Below, one piece after another: positions 50,975 through 59,287 of a stretch of 64,000 bases of DNA. Each line of letters opens with the position of its first letter. Position 1 is the first letter of the stretch. The stretch spans positions 1-64,000 of the forward strand of contig JBOEGF010000032.1 in assembly GCA_050633305.1 (NCBI GenBank). Direction: 5' to 3'. This DNA is from Nannocystales bacterium (GTDB lineage: Bacteria > Myxococcota_A > Polyangia > Nannocystales > Nannocystaceae). Position numbers and translations under genes: made by a program. The notes under the pieces were generated by a model. That model made no database searches and was not told the DNA's origin. It was given only the letters and a program-made list of their open reading frames with translations.

Positions 50975-52059
50975 CAGGGGTCTGATTCTACCGCGGGCTC
51001 GCACGCAAAGTAGTACGAGGATCCGTAGTCGAAGAACTCGAACATTTCCCCGTAGACCGCGTCGACCGTGTCAGGGTCTCCGATGTACGGCGCATGGCCA
51101 GCCCCGGGGAGGACGCGTAGCTCGTGGGGGCCTCCGTAGTCGGCCGCCAGTGCCTGGACATCCTCGTACGGCGTAATGGGGTCTGCATCCCCCCACAACT
51201 GGAGCAGAGGACGAACACCTGCTTCCGCGGGGAGGACGGGGAGCTCAAATCCCTCGAGCGTCGGGCCGGTCGCGTACACCTCGGGGAACGTGCTGAACCC
51301 GACTTCCGCAGCCGCCGGATCGGCACCAGCCAGAATCAGCCCGTAGGCCGCCGGATCGGTTTCGACATACCCATCGGGAGCGGATTCGAATAATGCCAGT
51401 ACCTCGGGGCTGAAGAACACCGATTCGAACAATGGTGTGACCGACTCGTACACCATTGCCTGGACTGCCACCCGACCAATGTGCGATGGGGACGTTGGGC
51501 TTTGTGTACCGGCCAGCCCGACGGCAAGCGACGCTCCGAAGCTTGTTCCGAAGAGATCGACACGAGGCACCCCGCGTGCGTACCGAATACGCTCGACGAT
51601 CTCTGCGGCGTGTACCAAGGAACGCTCGGTCGTCACATCTGCGCCGTCCTCGGGAATCGAGCTGCCTGGATACCCTTCGTACGTGACCGCGTAGGCGAAG
51701 AACCCAGCCTCTGCGACCTCGTCGAGCGCATTGAGCCGGCTCTGCGGATCGACGTCCAGGTCATACATTCCTCCGGTGACCAACGTTCCGGGCAACATCA
51801 CGACCGCACGCCGCGGAAACCGTAGCGCGGCCGCCGGGGTGAAGCGCTCGGTCACATGCAGGACCGCACCGTCCTCGAGTTCGACGTCGTGCTCGATCGT
51901 CCACGATTGTTCACAGAACGCACCGCCGCGATGCACGGCTTCTTCCGCGAGGCCTTCATCAATCCACTGTTCCGGCACCAGGGCCGCATTCGTGCCGGCC
52001 GGCTCGCAACCAGCCAGGCAAAGGAGGAGAGGAAGAAACGAGCGTGAAGTTTTCGACAT
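50974..52059 (-). CDS. Alpha/beta-hydrolase lipoprotein
   Basis: LAGC lipobox; nucleophile elbow GTSFG, WGDADP Asp, GAGH His. Confidence 0.85.
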   Translation of the reverse strand: MSKTSRSFLPLLLCLAGCEPAGTNAALVPEQWIDEGLAEEAVHRGGAFCEQSWTIEHDVELEDGAVLHVTERFTPAAALRFPRRAVVMLPGTLVTGGMYDLDVDPQSRLNALDEVAEAGFFAYAVTYEGYPGSSIPEDGADVTTERSLVHAAEIVERIRYARGVPRVDLFGTSFGASLAVGLAGTQSPTSPSHIGRVAVQAMVYESVTPLFESVFFSPEVLALFESAPDGYVETDPAAYGLILAGADPAAAEVGFSTFPEVYATGPTLEGFELPVLPAEAGVRPLLQLWGDADPITPYEDVQALAADYGGPHELRVLPGAGHAPYIGDPDTVDAVYGEMFEFFDYGSSYYFACEPAVESDP

Positions 52060-52176
52060 ATTGATGTATCCCCGGATACACACAATGAACCGCCCAATCG
52101 TCGGCCGCCATGGTCTTCACAATTCAGTTCGCGCGGGCCGGTGCGGTCCGAGGCTGCGCGAGCGCCCCTCGCCTCC

Positions 52177-52605
52177 GTGATCGTCTCCGAGCTGATCTCA
52201 CCGGTCCTGTTCGTACGCTGGCAGTCTCGCTGCGATGTCGCCGACGTCGACCGCATTACGCAGGCGATCGAGTCCGCGTACAAGAGCGTCGGAGAGGACC
52301 TCGTGTACATCGCGTCGATCCCCATCGGCGTGCCTCCGCCGGAAGCCGATGCCCGTGCAGCGATGCGTCAGGGAGCGGAACACGCGAGCCAGCGCTGCGG
52401 TTCGGTCCACGTCGTCATCGAGGGGCACGGCCTCCGTCGGGCGATCATCCGAAGTGTCTCCGCAGGACTTCTTCTTGCGACACGTGCGTCATTCTCCATC
52501 CACACGGACGCAGAAGAGGCTCTTCAAGCGGCGAGTCAAAACATCCCGTTCGAACTCCCGCACGTTCTGGCCGTTGCAAAAGAAAAGGGACTGGTGGCTG
52601 CATGA
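52177..52605 (+). CDS. SpoIIAA-like/STAS-SEC14-like small protein, paralog 1
   Basis: FVRW...PPP...RA.M...C.SVHVVIEG.G.RRA..RS; aligns end to end with 59284-59742; ATGA-coupled to the O-methyltransferase. Confidence 0.65.
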   Translation: MIVSELISPVLFVRWQSRCDVADVDRITQAIESAYKSVGEDLVYIASIPIGVPPPEADARAAMRQGAEHASQRCGSVHVVIEGHGLRRAIIRSVSAGLLLATRASFSIHTDAEEALQAASQNIPFELPHVLAVAKEKGLVAA

Positions 52606-53600
52606 CTCAACACGACGACCCCGCTGCGCATCTGGCGACGATGCTCGACGGATTCCGGATTCCTCAATGCCTGTATGTTGCGTGCCAGCTCAACCTGGCG
52701 GCGCTCGTGCCACCGACGGGCCTCGAGACCGACGCTCTAGCGCAACTCGCCAGTGTTCACCCCGACGCGCTTCGGAGGCTGCTTCGCGCGCTCGCTACGG
52801 TGGGCGTTTTTCGTCCGACCGGAGACGATGCGTGGCTCCACACGCCCGCGAGCGAAGCGCTCGACCCCGAACACCCCGCAGGCCTCCACGACCGTGCAAT
52901 CGGGTTGGGTTCACTCGCCTGGGCATCATGGGGAGACTTGCTCAGCGCCGTGCAGACCGGCAAACCTTCGTTCGACTCGGTTCACGGGGCGCCATTCTTC
53001 GACCTACTGGGAGCCCAGCCTGAACTCGCAGCGGCATTTGGCCGAACGATGTCCTCGTGGACCCGTCAGACCGCGCGCGATGTCATTTCGACGTTCGACT
53101 TCGGCGCCTACGGACACGTGGTCGACATCGGGGGCGGCCACGGCATCCTGCTGGACGCGATCCTGGCTGCCGCTCCGAGCGTGAAAGGGACGCTGGTGGA
53201 TCGCCCCGAAGTCATCGGCACCAACGCCCCCGCCATGGGCGATGCACAGCGCTCGCGAGCGACCCTGAGCGCACTCGATGCGTTCAGCGACCCCCTCCCC
53301 TCCGCGGACGCCTACGTGTTGTCTTGGATTCTGCACGATTGGGACGACCAACGGTGCGTACAGTTGCTGTCTCGTTGTGCCCAGGCCAACCCGAGCGCCG
53401 ACATCGTCGTCGTGGAGATGTTGGTCGATGGCCCGGGGCCCGCGGCCACGTGGTTCGACCTGGAGATGCTCGTTCAGACCGGCGGTCGGGAACGAACGAC
53501 CGCCGAGTACCAATCACTGTTCCGCGCGGCAGGCAGAGAGGACGCGGAGGTCCTGCACACACCCGGAACCCACGCGGTGTTGTGCTCACGGGGAAGCTGA
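52602..53600 (+). CDS. SAM-dependent O-methyltransferase (COMT/Methyltransf_2 type)
   Basis: N-terminal dimerisation wHTH (LRRLLRAL..VGVF), VVDIGGGHG, ILHDWDD, GGRERT. Confidence 0.92.
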   Translation: MTQHDDPAAHLATMLDGFRIPQCLYVACQLNLAALVPPTGLETDALAQLASVHPDALRRLLRALATVGVFRPTGDDAWLHTPASEALDPEHPAGLHDRAIGLGSLAWASWGDLLSAVQTGKPSFDSVHGAPFFDLLGAQPELAAAFGRTMSSWTRQTARDVISTFDFGAYGHVVDIGGGHGILLDAILAAAPSVKGTLVDRPEVIGTNAPAMGDAQRSRATLSALDAFSDPLPSADAYVLSWILHDWDDQRCVQLLSRCAQANPSADIVVVEMLVDGPGPAATWFDLEMLVQTGGRERTTAEYQSLFRAAGREDAEVLHTPGTHAVLCSRGS

Positions 53601-54653
53601 GAGCGCCACGTCGCCCCAACGCAACACCATCGCCATCGCGGTCGAAGCGCTTCCGACCGAATAGATCAGCACGAGTTCGCCCGGCTTGATTCGACCCTGC
53701 GACGCGGCGTGGTGAAGGTTCGCCATCATGAGCGCCGGACCGATGTTCGTCGTCCGCGGATAGACCGAAACCGTCTTTGACCGCTCGACACCGAGCACGT
53801 CCGCACAGAAGTCGGCATACCAAGCCGTCGGTGTGTTGAAGACAAATAGCGCGATGTCTGAGACCGAGACACCGGCGTCGGAGAGCGCGCCGTCGCACGC
53901 CGTTCGAAGGTAAGGTTCGGCCGTTTCGTGCAAGATGGCGCCAGCCCCTCGGGTGGTACGCATCTGCATTCGCGGCTCGCCTTGCTCGACGACGAGTTCG
54001 TGCACGAACGCGCCGCAGGTCTCGCGCGTGGAGATTCGGTGGGCACCCAGCGGGATCGCGACCCGATCCCCTCGCTCTACGACGAACGCGCCTGCACCAT
54101 CGCCGAGAAACCAGGACAACGAGTTCGTTTCCTCGACGTCGCGCGCGTAAGTACACGAGACCGACACGAGCACTCGGTTGGCGCGACCGCTCTCGACCAG
54201 GCCGCAGGCGAGGTCCACCCCCATCACGGCGCTGGAACACGCGGTCTCCAGGTTGATCGCGGGACACCTCAAGTCGAGCCGACGTCCGAGCCACGACGCG
54301 TCTCCGACGGCGATCGTGTCGGGGCGCATGGACGAGACGATCGCGAAGTCGCAGTCCTCGAGCCGACCCGACCACCCTTGTGCCAGGGCTTCGATCGCCT
54401 TCACGTGCAAATCGACACTCGCCGTTTCGCTGAGTTCGACCCGGCGCTCGACGCTCCCCTTGAACGGGTCCGCGCCGTAGGGCGCCATCGCCCGCTCGAA
54501 CAAGCTTCCCTTGCCCTCAGTCGCCCACAGGCGAGCCAGCGCATGCTGCTCGGCGTCGGCCACCATCTGCGGATGATGCTCCCGCCAGTAGTCGTTGGTG
54601 CGAAGGGTCGCTGGGAGCGCGACGGAGAGTGCGGATAGACCAACTTTTTTCAT
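53586..54653 (-). CDS. 3-oxoacyl-ACP synthase III-like enzyme (CybF-like furanolide synthase candidate)
   Basis: ETACSS catalytic Cys, GDGAGA, FNTPTAWY (Asn at the usual His position), NIGP; ATGA-coupled to the TPP enzyme. Confidence 0.8.
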   Translation of the reverse strand: MKKVGLSALSVALPATLRTNDYWREHHPQMVADAEQHALARLWATEGKGSLFERAMAPYGADPFKGSVERRVELSETASVDLHVKAIEALAQGWSGRLEDCDFAIVSSMRPDTIAVGDASWLGRRLDLRCPAINLETACSSAVMGVDLACGLVESGRANRVLVSVSCTYARDVEETNSLSWFLGDGAGAFVVERGDRVAIPLGAHRISTRETCGAFVHELVVEQGEPRMQMRTTRGAGAILHETAEPYLRTACDGALSDAGVSVSDIALFVFNTPTAWYADFCADVLGVERSKTVSVYPRTTNIGPALMMANLHHAASQGRIKPGELVLIYSVGSASTAMAMVLRWGDVALSASP

Positions 54654-56356
54654 GCGTCCCTCTGCGCAGCCAGGCTGCGATTGCGCGCGCCAAACGGCGC
54701 GGTTTCGTCGGAGTCGACAAGCACGTCGACCAAACATGGACCCCCACACCGCAGCGCCTCGCGCAGCGCCTCGTCGAGCAAGCTGGGGTCCCGCACGGTG
54801 ATGGCGTGGGCTCCCATGGCCCGCGCGATCGCAGCAAAGTCGACCGCCGGAATGTCGAGGCCGTGCGGGGTGTGCCCCAAGCCCTGCATGCCATCGGCGA
54901 CGAGTCCGTATCGGCCGTCATTGAGTACGACCCAAACCGCCGGCGCCCCCTGCTGAACCGCCGTGGTGATCTCGTTGTTCATCAGCATGGAACCGTCTCC
55001 AACGATGGCGACCGCAGGACCACCAACCCCCATCGCGGTGCCCACCACGCCGGCCGCCATGTGCCCCATGGAGCCGAACCCCATGCTGACGCGAAACCTT
55101 CCGGGGTGCTCGAAGCGAAGGGCATGGGTCGCCCACACAAACGCGTTCCCAGCCTCGGCGAGGACCTTGGCTCGCGTGCCGTCCACCACCACCCGCTGGA
55201 CGCTCTGCATCACGGCCCGGCATGGGACGCCGCGGCCAGTCGATCGCGCGTAGGTCGGCGAAACCGCGCGCATCGTGCCTCCGCCCCGCGGTGCATCGGA
55301 GGCTGGCAACACCTCGAGCAGTCGTGACAGGAGTCCCCGGATCTCAGCGGTCACGCCGACCGTTTCGACGTCGGAGTACGCGGCGCCGAAGACCGTCGAG
55401 TCGACGTCGACATGAACGATTCGAGTTCCCTCCACCAGTCGGGGATCCCAAAACGATGTGAACTCACCGAGCCGACTGCCCAACACCAAGGTCGTATCTG
55501 GTGCGAACCTTGTTCGGCGTTCGAACACGCGCTCATGTCCCCCAAAGCCAGTCACACCGAGGAACCTCGAGTCGGAAGCGGGGAAGATGCCCTTGCCACG
55601 CGGAGAACAGATCACCCGAGCGTCCAGCCGGTCGACTAAGGCACGTACCTGGGCCGATGCTTCGCGTGCTCCGTGTCCGACCCAGACCACCACTCGCTCG
55701 CCCAACGCAGCGCGAACGGCACGCGCTCCCTCCACCGAAATATCTGCATCGATATGGACGGGTGCCGGGCCAAGCGCCAAGGACGGCGCGTTCTGAATCT
55801 GTAGCGGAACCGCGATGTGGGCGACGAATCCCTGCGGCCGCCGCAGCCCCTCGAGGAGCCGGGCTCGAACGCGGGGGAGTTGCTCCGCAGACTCGAGTGC
55901 GATCGCGTCGTCGAACCACCCTCCTGCGCCGTAGAGGCCACAATGAGCGTAGTTCTCTGCATCACTGGCTTGGAACGAATATCGCCCCCGCAGCGGTGCG
56001 CCAGTCAACGCAGACACCAATATGACGCGACCGCCTTCGGACCGCGCTGCCGCGAGGCCGGTGATCGCGTTGGTCATCCCCGGGCCGGTTGTCGTGAACA
56101 CCAACCCTGGGCCGCCACCGGCGAGGTCGTGTTCAAGCGCCATGAAGGCCGCGCCGGCCTCATGCCGCGTGTGGATGGGATCGAGACCCGATTCCACCAA
56201 CGCGGAGAACATGGGGACCGCGGCCCCGCCGAGGATCCCGAACGCACGTCGGCATCCGATGTCCACCAGTGTCCTTGCGAGTTCCGACGACACCGTCGTC
56301 ATTCGCCCGTCGTCCACATCCACGGAAGGCTGGGCTTGTTGTTTAACCATCATCAT
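54650..56356 (-). CDS. Thiamine pyrophosphate-dependent acyloin synthase-like enzyme (ScyA/CybE-related)
   Basis: RHEAGAAF, TTGPG.TN, GFGSMG, GDGS-x-NDG TPP motif; start uncertain (ORF open to 56437). Confidence 0.85.
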   Translation of the reverse strand: MMMVKQQAQPSVDVDDGRMTTVSSELARTLVDIGCRRAFGILGGAAVPMFSALVESGLDPIHTRHEAGAAFMALEHDLAGGGPGLVFTTTGPGMTNAITGLAAARSEGGRVILVSALTGAPLRGRYSFQASDAENYAHCGLYGAGGWFDDAIALESAEQLPRVRARLLEGLRRPQGFVAHIAVPLQIQNAPSLALGPAPVHIDADISVEGARAVRAALGERVVVWVGHGAREASAQVRALVDRLDARVICSPRGKGIFPASDSRFLGVTGFGGHERVFERRTRFAPDTTLVLGSRLGEFTSFWDPRLVEGTRIVHVDVDSTVFGAAYSDVETVGVTAEIRGLLSRLLEVLPASDAPRGGGTMRAVSPTYARSTGRGVPCRAVMQSVQRVVVDGTRAKVLAEAGNAFVWATHALRFEHPGRFRVSMGFGSMGHMAAGVVGTAMGVGGPAVAIVGDGSMLMNNEITTAVQQGAPAVWVVLNDGRYGLVADGMQGLGHTPHGLDIPAVDFAAIARAMGAHAITVRDPSLLDEALREALRCGGPCLVDVLVDSDETAPFGARNRSLAAQRDA

Positions 56357-56480
56357 CCTTGACGGCGTCATGCCGTTTCGACCAGCATGGATCGGCGCGG
56401 CTTGTTTCGCACTGTATGCAACACGGATTGACTGCAATGAGCGCCCACACTGCCCCGGGATGTCGCACCTTTTTCATGCT

Positions 56481-56500
56481 ACCTGTCCCTTAGGACAGCT
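56481..56500. promoter_or_regulatory. Lux-box-like palindrome in the divergent promoter region
   Basis: ACCTGTCCCTTAGGACAGCT: perfect CTGTCC/GGACAG arms, CTG-N10-CAG geometry. Confidence 0.5.
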
Positions 56501-56536
56501 CCCCTTCAACGGCTTCATTGCTACCGTATTTTATCG

Positions 56537-56959
56537 ATGCAGGATGCGGATGAACGCGCACAATTGCGTGTATTGGTCCGCCACAGAGCGGACGCCTTTG
56601 CCGCCGCGGCAATGGTCAAAGCACTCGCTCACGGGGTGGGCTCCAGTGCCGTGCAGGCTTCCATGATCGCCACCGCGACCACCGAGCTAGCCCAGAACAT
56701 CGTCTCGCATGCCGGGGGAGATGGTGAGGTGATGGTTTGGCTCGAGGGCGAGAACATCGTCGTGCAAGCGCGGAGCGTTGGGGTCGGTGATGGCGGTCGC
56801 GAGGCCCCTGCTGCACCGACGCGCGGAGGGCTCGGTCAGGGGCAGGCAGCCGTGCGCCGCATGATGGATTCGGTGGTGTTCGAGTCCGCAAGTGACGGTG
56901 GGCTGGTGGTCACCGCCCGCGTTCGCATCACCCCGCTCGAGAGGTCCGTATGCTGGTGA
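56537..56959 (+). CDS. RsbT-like HATPase/anti-sigma-type protein, degenerate G1 box
   Basis: ATATTELAQNIVSHAG N-box and GGLGQG..VRRMMD present; DxGxG replaced by SVGVG. Confidence 0.75.
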   Translation: MQDADERAQLRVLVRHRADAFAAAAMVKALAHGVGSSAVQASMIATATTELAQNIVSHAGGDGEVMVWLEGENIVVQARSVGVGDGGREAPAAPTRGGLGQGQAAVRRMMDSVVFESASDGGLVVTARVRITPLERSVCW

Positions 56960-57585
56960 ACGAACTGCTCGAGGAGCGCCTCTTCGGCATGCTGGTCCGG
57001 TACACGTCCGAACCCACCGCGCGCGGCATTCTTCAGCGGGCGCGGCGGGGACAGAACGCAAAACGTGGAGACGCCAAGGCGTACTTCGACATGGTGATGT
57101 TCGGCGCAAAGCTGTTCGTCGAAAATACGCGCCACGCCGACCTGACCGAGTCTCTGCAGCAGGTGTGCTTCGGGGCGATTCGCATCGAGCCCCCGCGCAC
57201 AAGTCCGCACGAGGTCGAGATCGAGGACGAGCACTCCTCTCGACGCGCCCGACTCCTGGTTCGCAGGCTGGTGCGGGCCGCAGGCGGTCGGGAGCTCACC
57301 GCGGTACGAGCCGCCACGGCACTGAGCGAGCTCACTCGCAACGCGCTGATGTACGCAGGTGGCGGGTCGGTACGGGTCGAGATGAACGACCGAGACCGGA
57401 AGCTGCGCGTGGTGGTGCGCGACGACGGGCCGGGCATCAGCGACCTCGACCGAATCATGGCGGGAAACTACCGCAGCAAGACGGGGCTGGGCCGCGGACT
57501 CCTTGGCGTCCGAAAACTCGCCGACCACTTCAACGTCCAGACGTCGGAGTCCGGCACGACGATCTGCTTTGAGATGCTCGTATGA
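56950..57585 (+). CDS. rsbT: RsbT-like Ser/Thr switch kinase with N-terminal helical extension
   Basis: ATALSELTRNALMYAGGG, DDGPGI, GLGRGLLGVRKLAD.F...GT. Confidence 0.85.
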   Translation: MLVNELLEERLFGMLVRYTSEPTARGILQRARRGQNAKRGDAKAYFDMVMFGAKLFVENTRHADLTESLQQVCFGAIRIEPPRTSPHEVEIEDEHSSRRARLLVRRLVRAAGGRELTAVRAATALSELTRNALMYAGGGSVRVEMNDRDRKLRVVVRDDGPGISDLDRIMAGNYRSKTGLGRGLLGVRKLADHFNVQTSESGTTICFEMLV

Positions 57586-58148
57586 GGCTCACGACCGCAC
57601 AACGCATGCGGCCCTACCCCGGGTTCAGCTCGTCCGGTGACCTGGTCGTCGTTCGGCAGGGTCGCTCTTGCACGATGCTCGCCGTCATCGACGTGCTCGG
57701 TCATGGACCCGACGCTGCCCAGGTTGCAACTCAGGCCGGCGAGTACCTCGGCCGGGCAGACCTCGACGCGGATGTAGAGGCGTGGATGCACGGCTTGCAC
57801 GAAGCACTAGCTCGGACCCGGGGCGCCGCGGCAGGATTGGGGCGAGCCGAAGACGGCGCGCTGCAGGTCACCGTTGTCGGCAACATCGAGGTCCGCTGCT
57901 GCGGCACGCGTGTCGGGGTCATCGCGACGCCGGGAATCGTGGGGCGGCGGATGCGACGACTCCGCTCCTTCTCGTTTCCCATGCAGGCCGGGGACCGTCT
58001 CGCCATGCACAGCGACGGCCTCCGCCACCTAGACCTCGCGCCGACGCGCGAGTTGCCCCTAGAAAACGCCTGCGACCACCTGATGCGCGAGTTCGCCGTC
58101 GCGATCGACGACGCTTCGCTTCTCCTGACCGACTTTCACGATGCTTGA
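57582..58148 (+). CDS. PP2C/SpoIIE-type phosphatase (RsbX-like)
   Basis: SGD, IDVLGHG, H..L..TRGAA, VGNI, PGIVG, HSDG, DDAS. Confidence 0.85.
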   Translation: MRLTTAQRMRPYPGFSSSGDLVVVRQGRSCTMLAVIDVLGHGPDAAQVATQAGEYLGRADLDADVEAWMHGLHEALARTRGAAAGLGRAEDGALQVTVVGNIEVRCCGTRVGVIATPGIVGRRMRRLRSFSFPMQAGDRLAMHSDGLRHLDLAPTRELPLENACDHLMREFAVAIDDASLLLTDFHDA

Positions 58149-58581
58149 CCACCTCGACGACGACCTCGAGTCCCCCCTGCCGATTATCTGGCTGTGGGAC
58201 TGCATGCTCGTACCCTTGCAGGGCGAGCTCAGCGACGCCCAAGCCGCTCGCTTGAGCCAAGACGCCCTCGACGGGATCCGAGCCCGCGGGTGCGTCGGCC
58301 TGATCATCGACGTGTCCGGGCTGTGGTTGGTCGACAGCCATCTGTGCGCGGTCCTGGCCGACATCGCCCGCGCGGCACGACTGATGGGGACCCGCACCAT
58401 GCTCTCCGGGCTTCGGCCCGAGGTCGCGCTCACCCTCCTGGCGATGGACATCTCGTTCAGCGGATTCGAGACGGCACTCAACCTCGAGCAGGCCCTCGAG
58501 GCTCTGAACATTCGCCGCGCCGAGGACCCCTCCGACAACCCCTTCGACGGCAACGTCCCCAAGCTGCAACGCGATGACTGA
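58141..58581 (+). CDS. rsbS: STAS protein, RsbS-like
   Basis: LVPLQGELSD, IDVSGLWLVDS (phospho-Ser position), ARLMG, GLRPEVALTL, TALNLE. Confidence 0.88.
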   Translation: MLDHLDDDLESPLPIIWLWDCMLVPLQGELSDAQAARLSQDALDGIRARGCVGLIIDVSGLWLVDSHLCAVLADIARAARLMGTRTMLSGLRPEVALTLLAMDISFSGFETALNLEQALEALNIRRAEDPSDNPFDGNVPKLQRDD

Positions 58582-59287
58582 CGCTTCACCACCCATTCAA
58601 ATCGAGCCGCCTCGCGTCGCGGCGCTGCTCGATGTGCTCTCCATGATCGCAGTTGGCGAGCTGGACATGGAGGCCATCAACCTCAAGCTTCCTCCCAATA
58701 CCGACGCGTTTGGTGAGGTCGAGACGATGCTGCGCACGCTCGCGGCCGACCTTGGCGAGGTGCTGCAAGCCAACGAGCACTACACCCAGCAGATCGAAGC
58801 GACGGCCCGGGAGCTCCAGGCCAAGCTCGATACGATCGAGCGTCAGCAGCTTGCGATCGCCGACCTGTCCACGCCTGTCCTCGAGATCTGGACCGACGTG
58901 CTGGCCCTCCCCATCGTGGGTATCGTGGACACCCAGCGCTCGGTCGAGATGACGGAGCGACTGCTTCAGGCGATCGTCATCCGACAAGCCCGCTGCGTCA
59001 TCATCGACATCACAGGTGTGGATGTCGTCGACACCGCGACGGCCGACCACTTCGTGAAGATGGTCCGCGCGGCGGCGATGCTTGGTGCTCACTGCGTCGT
59101 CTGTGGCATCAGCCCCGATGTCGCCCAAACCCTCGCGCGCATCGACGTCGAGCTCACCGACGTCACCACGATGCGCAGCCTCAAGGACGCGCTTCATCAC
59201 TGCCTGGCACACATCGAGAACATGGAGAGACCCCGTGCCCGCCACCGCCGGGCAGCGCTCGCCCGAAACGAGGAGAACGAACCGTGA
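58574..59287 (+). CDS. rsbR: STAS protein, RsbR-like, with helical/coiled-coil N-terminus
   Basis: LSTPVL..W..VLALPIVG.VDT, DITGV..VDT (two phospho-Thr positions), GISP.VAQTL. Confidence 0.88.
   Translation: MTDASPPIQIEPPRVAALLDVLSMIAVGELDMEAINLKLPPNTDAFGEVETMLRTLAADLGEVLQANEHYTQQIEATARELQAKLDTIERQQLAIADLSTPVLEIWTDVLALPIVGIVDTQRSVEMTERLLQAIVIRQARCVIIDITGVDVVDTATADHFVKMVRAAAMLGAHCVVCGISPDVAQTLARIDVELTDVTTMRSLKDALHHCLAHIENMERPRARHRRAALARNEENEP

Noticed and set aside
52110..52601. N-terminal extension of the O-methyltransferase ORF (52110 start)
   Set aside because: Arg-rich non-protein-like sequence; the overlapping frame encodes the SEC14-like paralog, and ATG 52602 is coupled to its stop.
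56483..56498. E. coli-type LexA box (CTGT-N8-ACAG)
   Set aside because: The spacer is GC-rich, the neighbours are not SOS genes, and myxobacterial LexA uses a different motif; kept as a lux-box-like operator instead.
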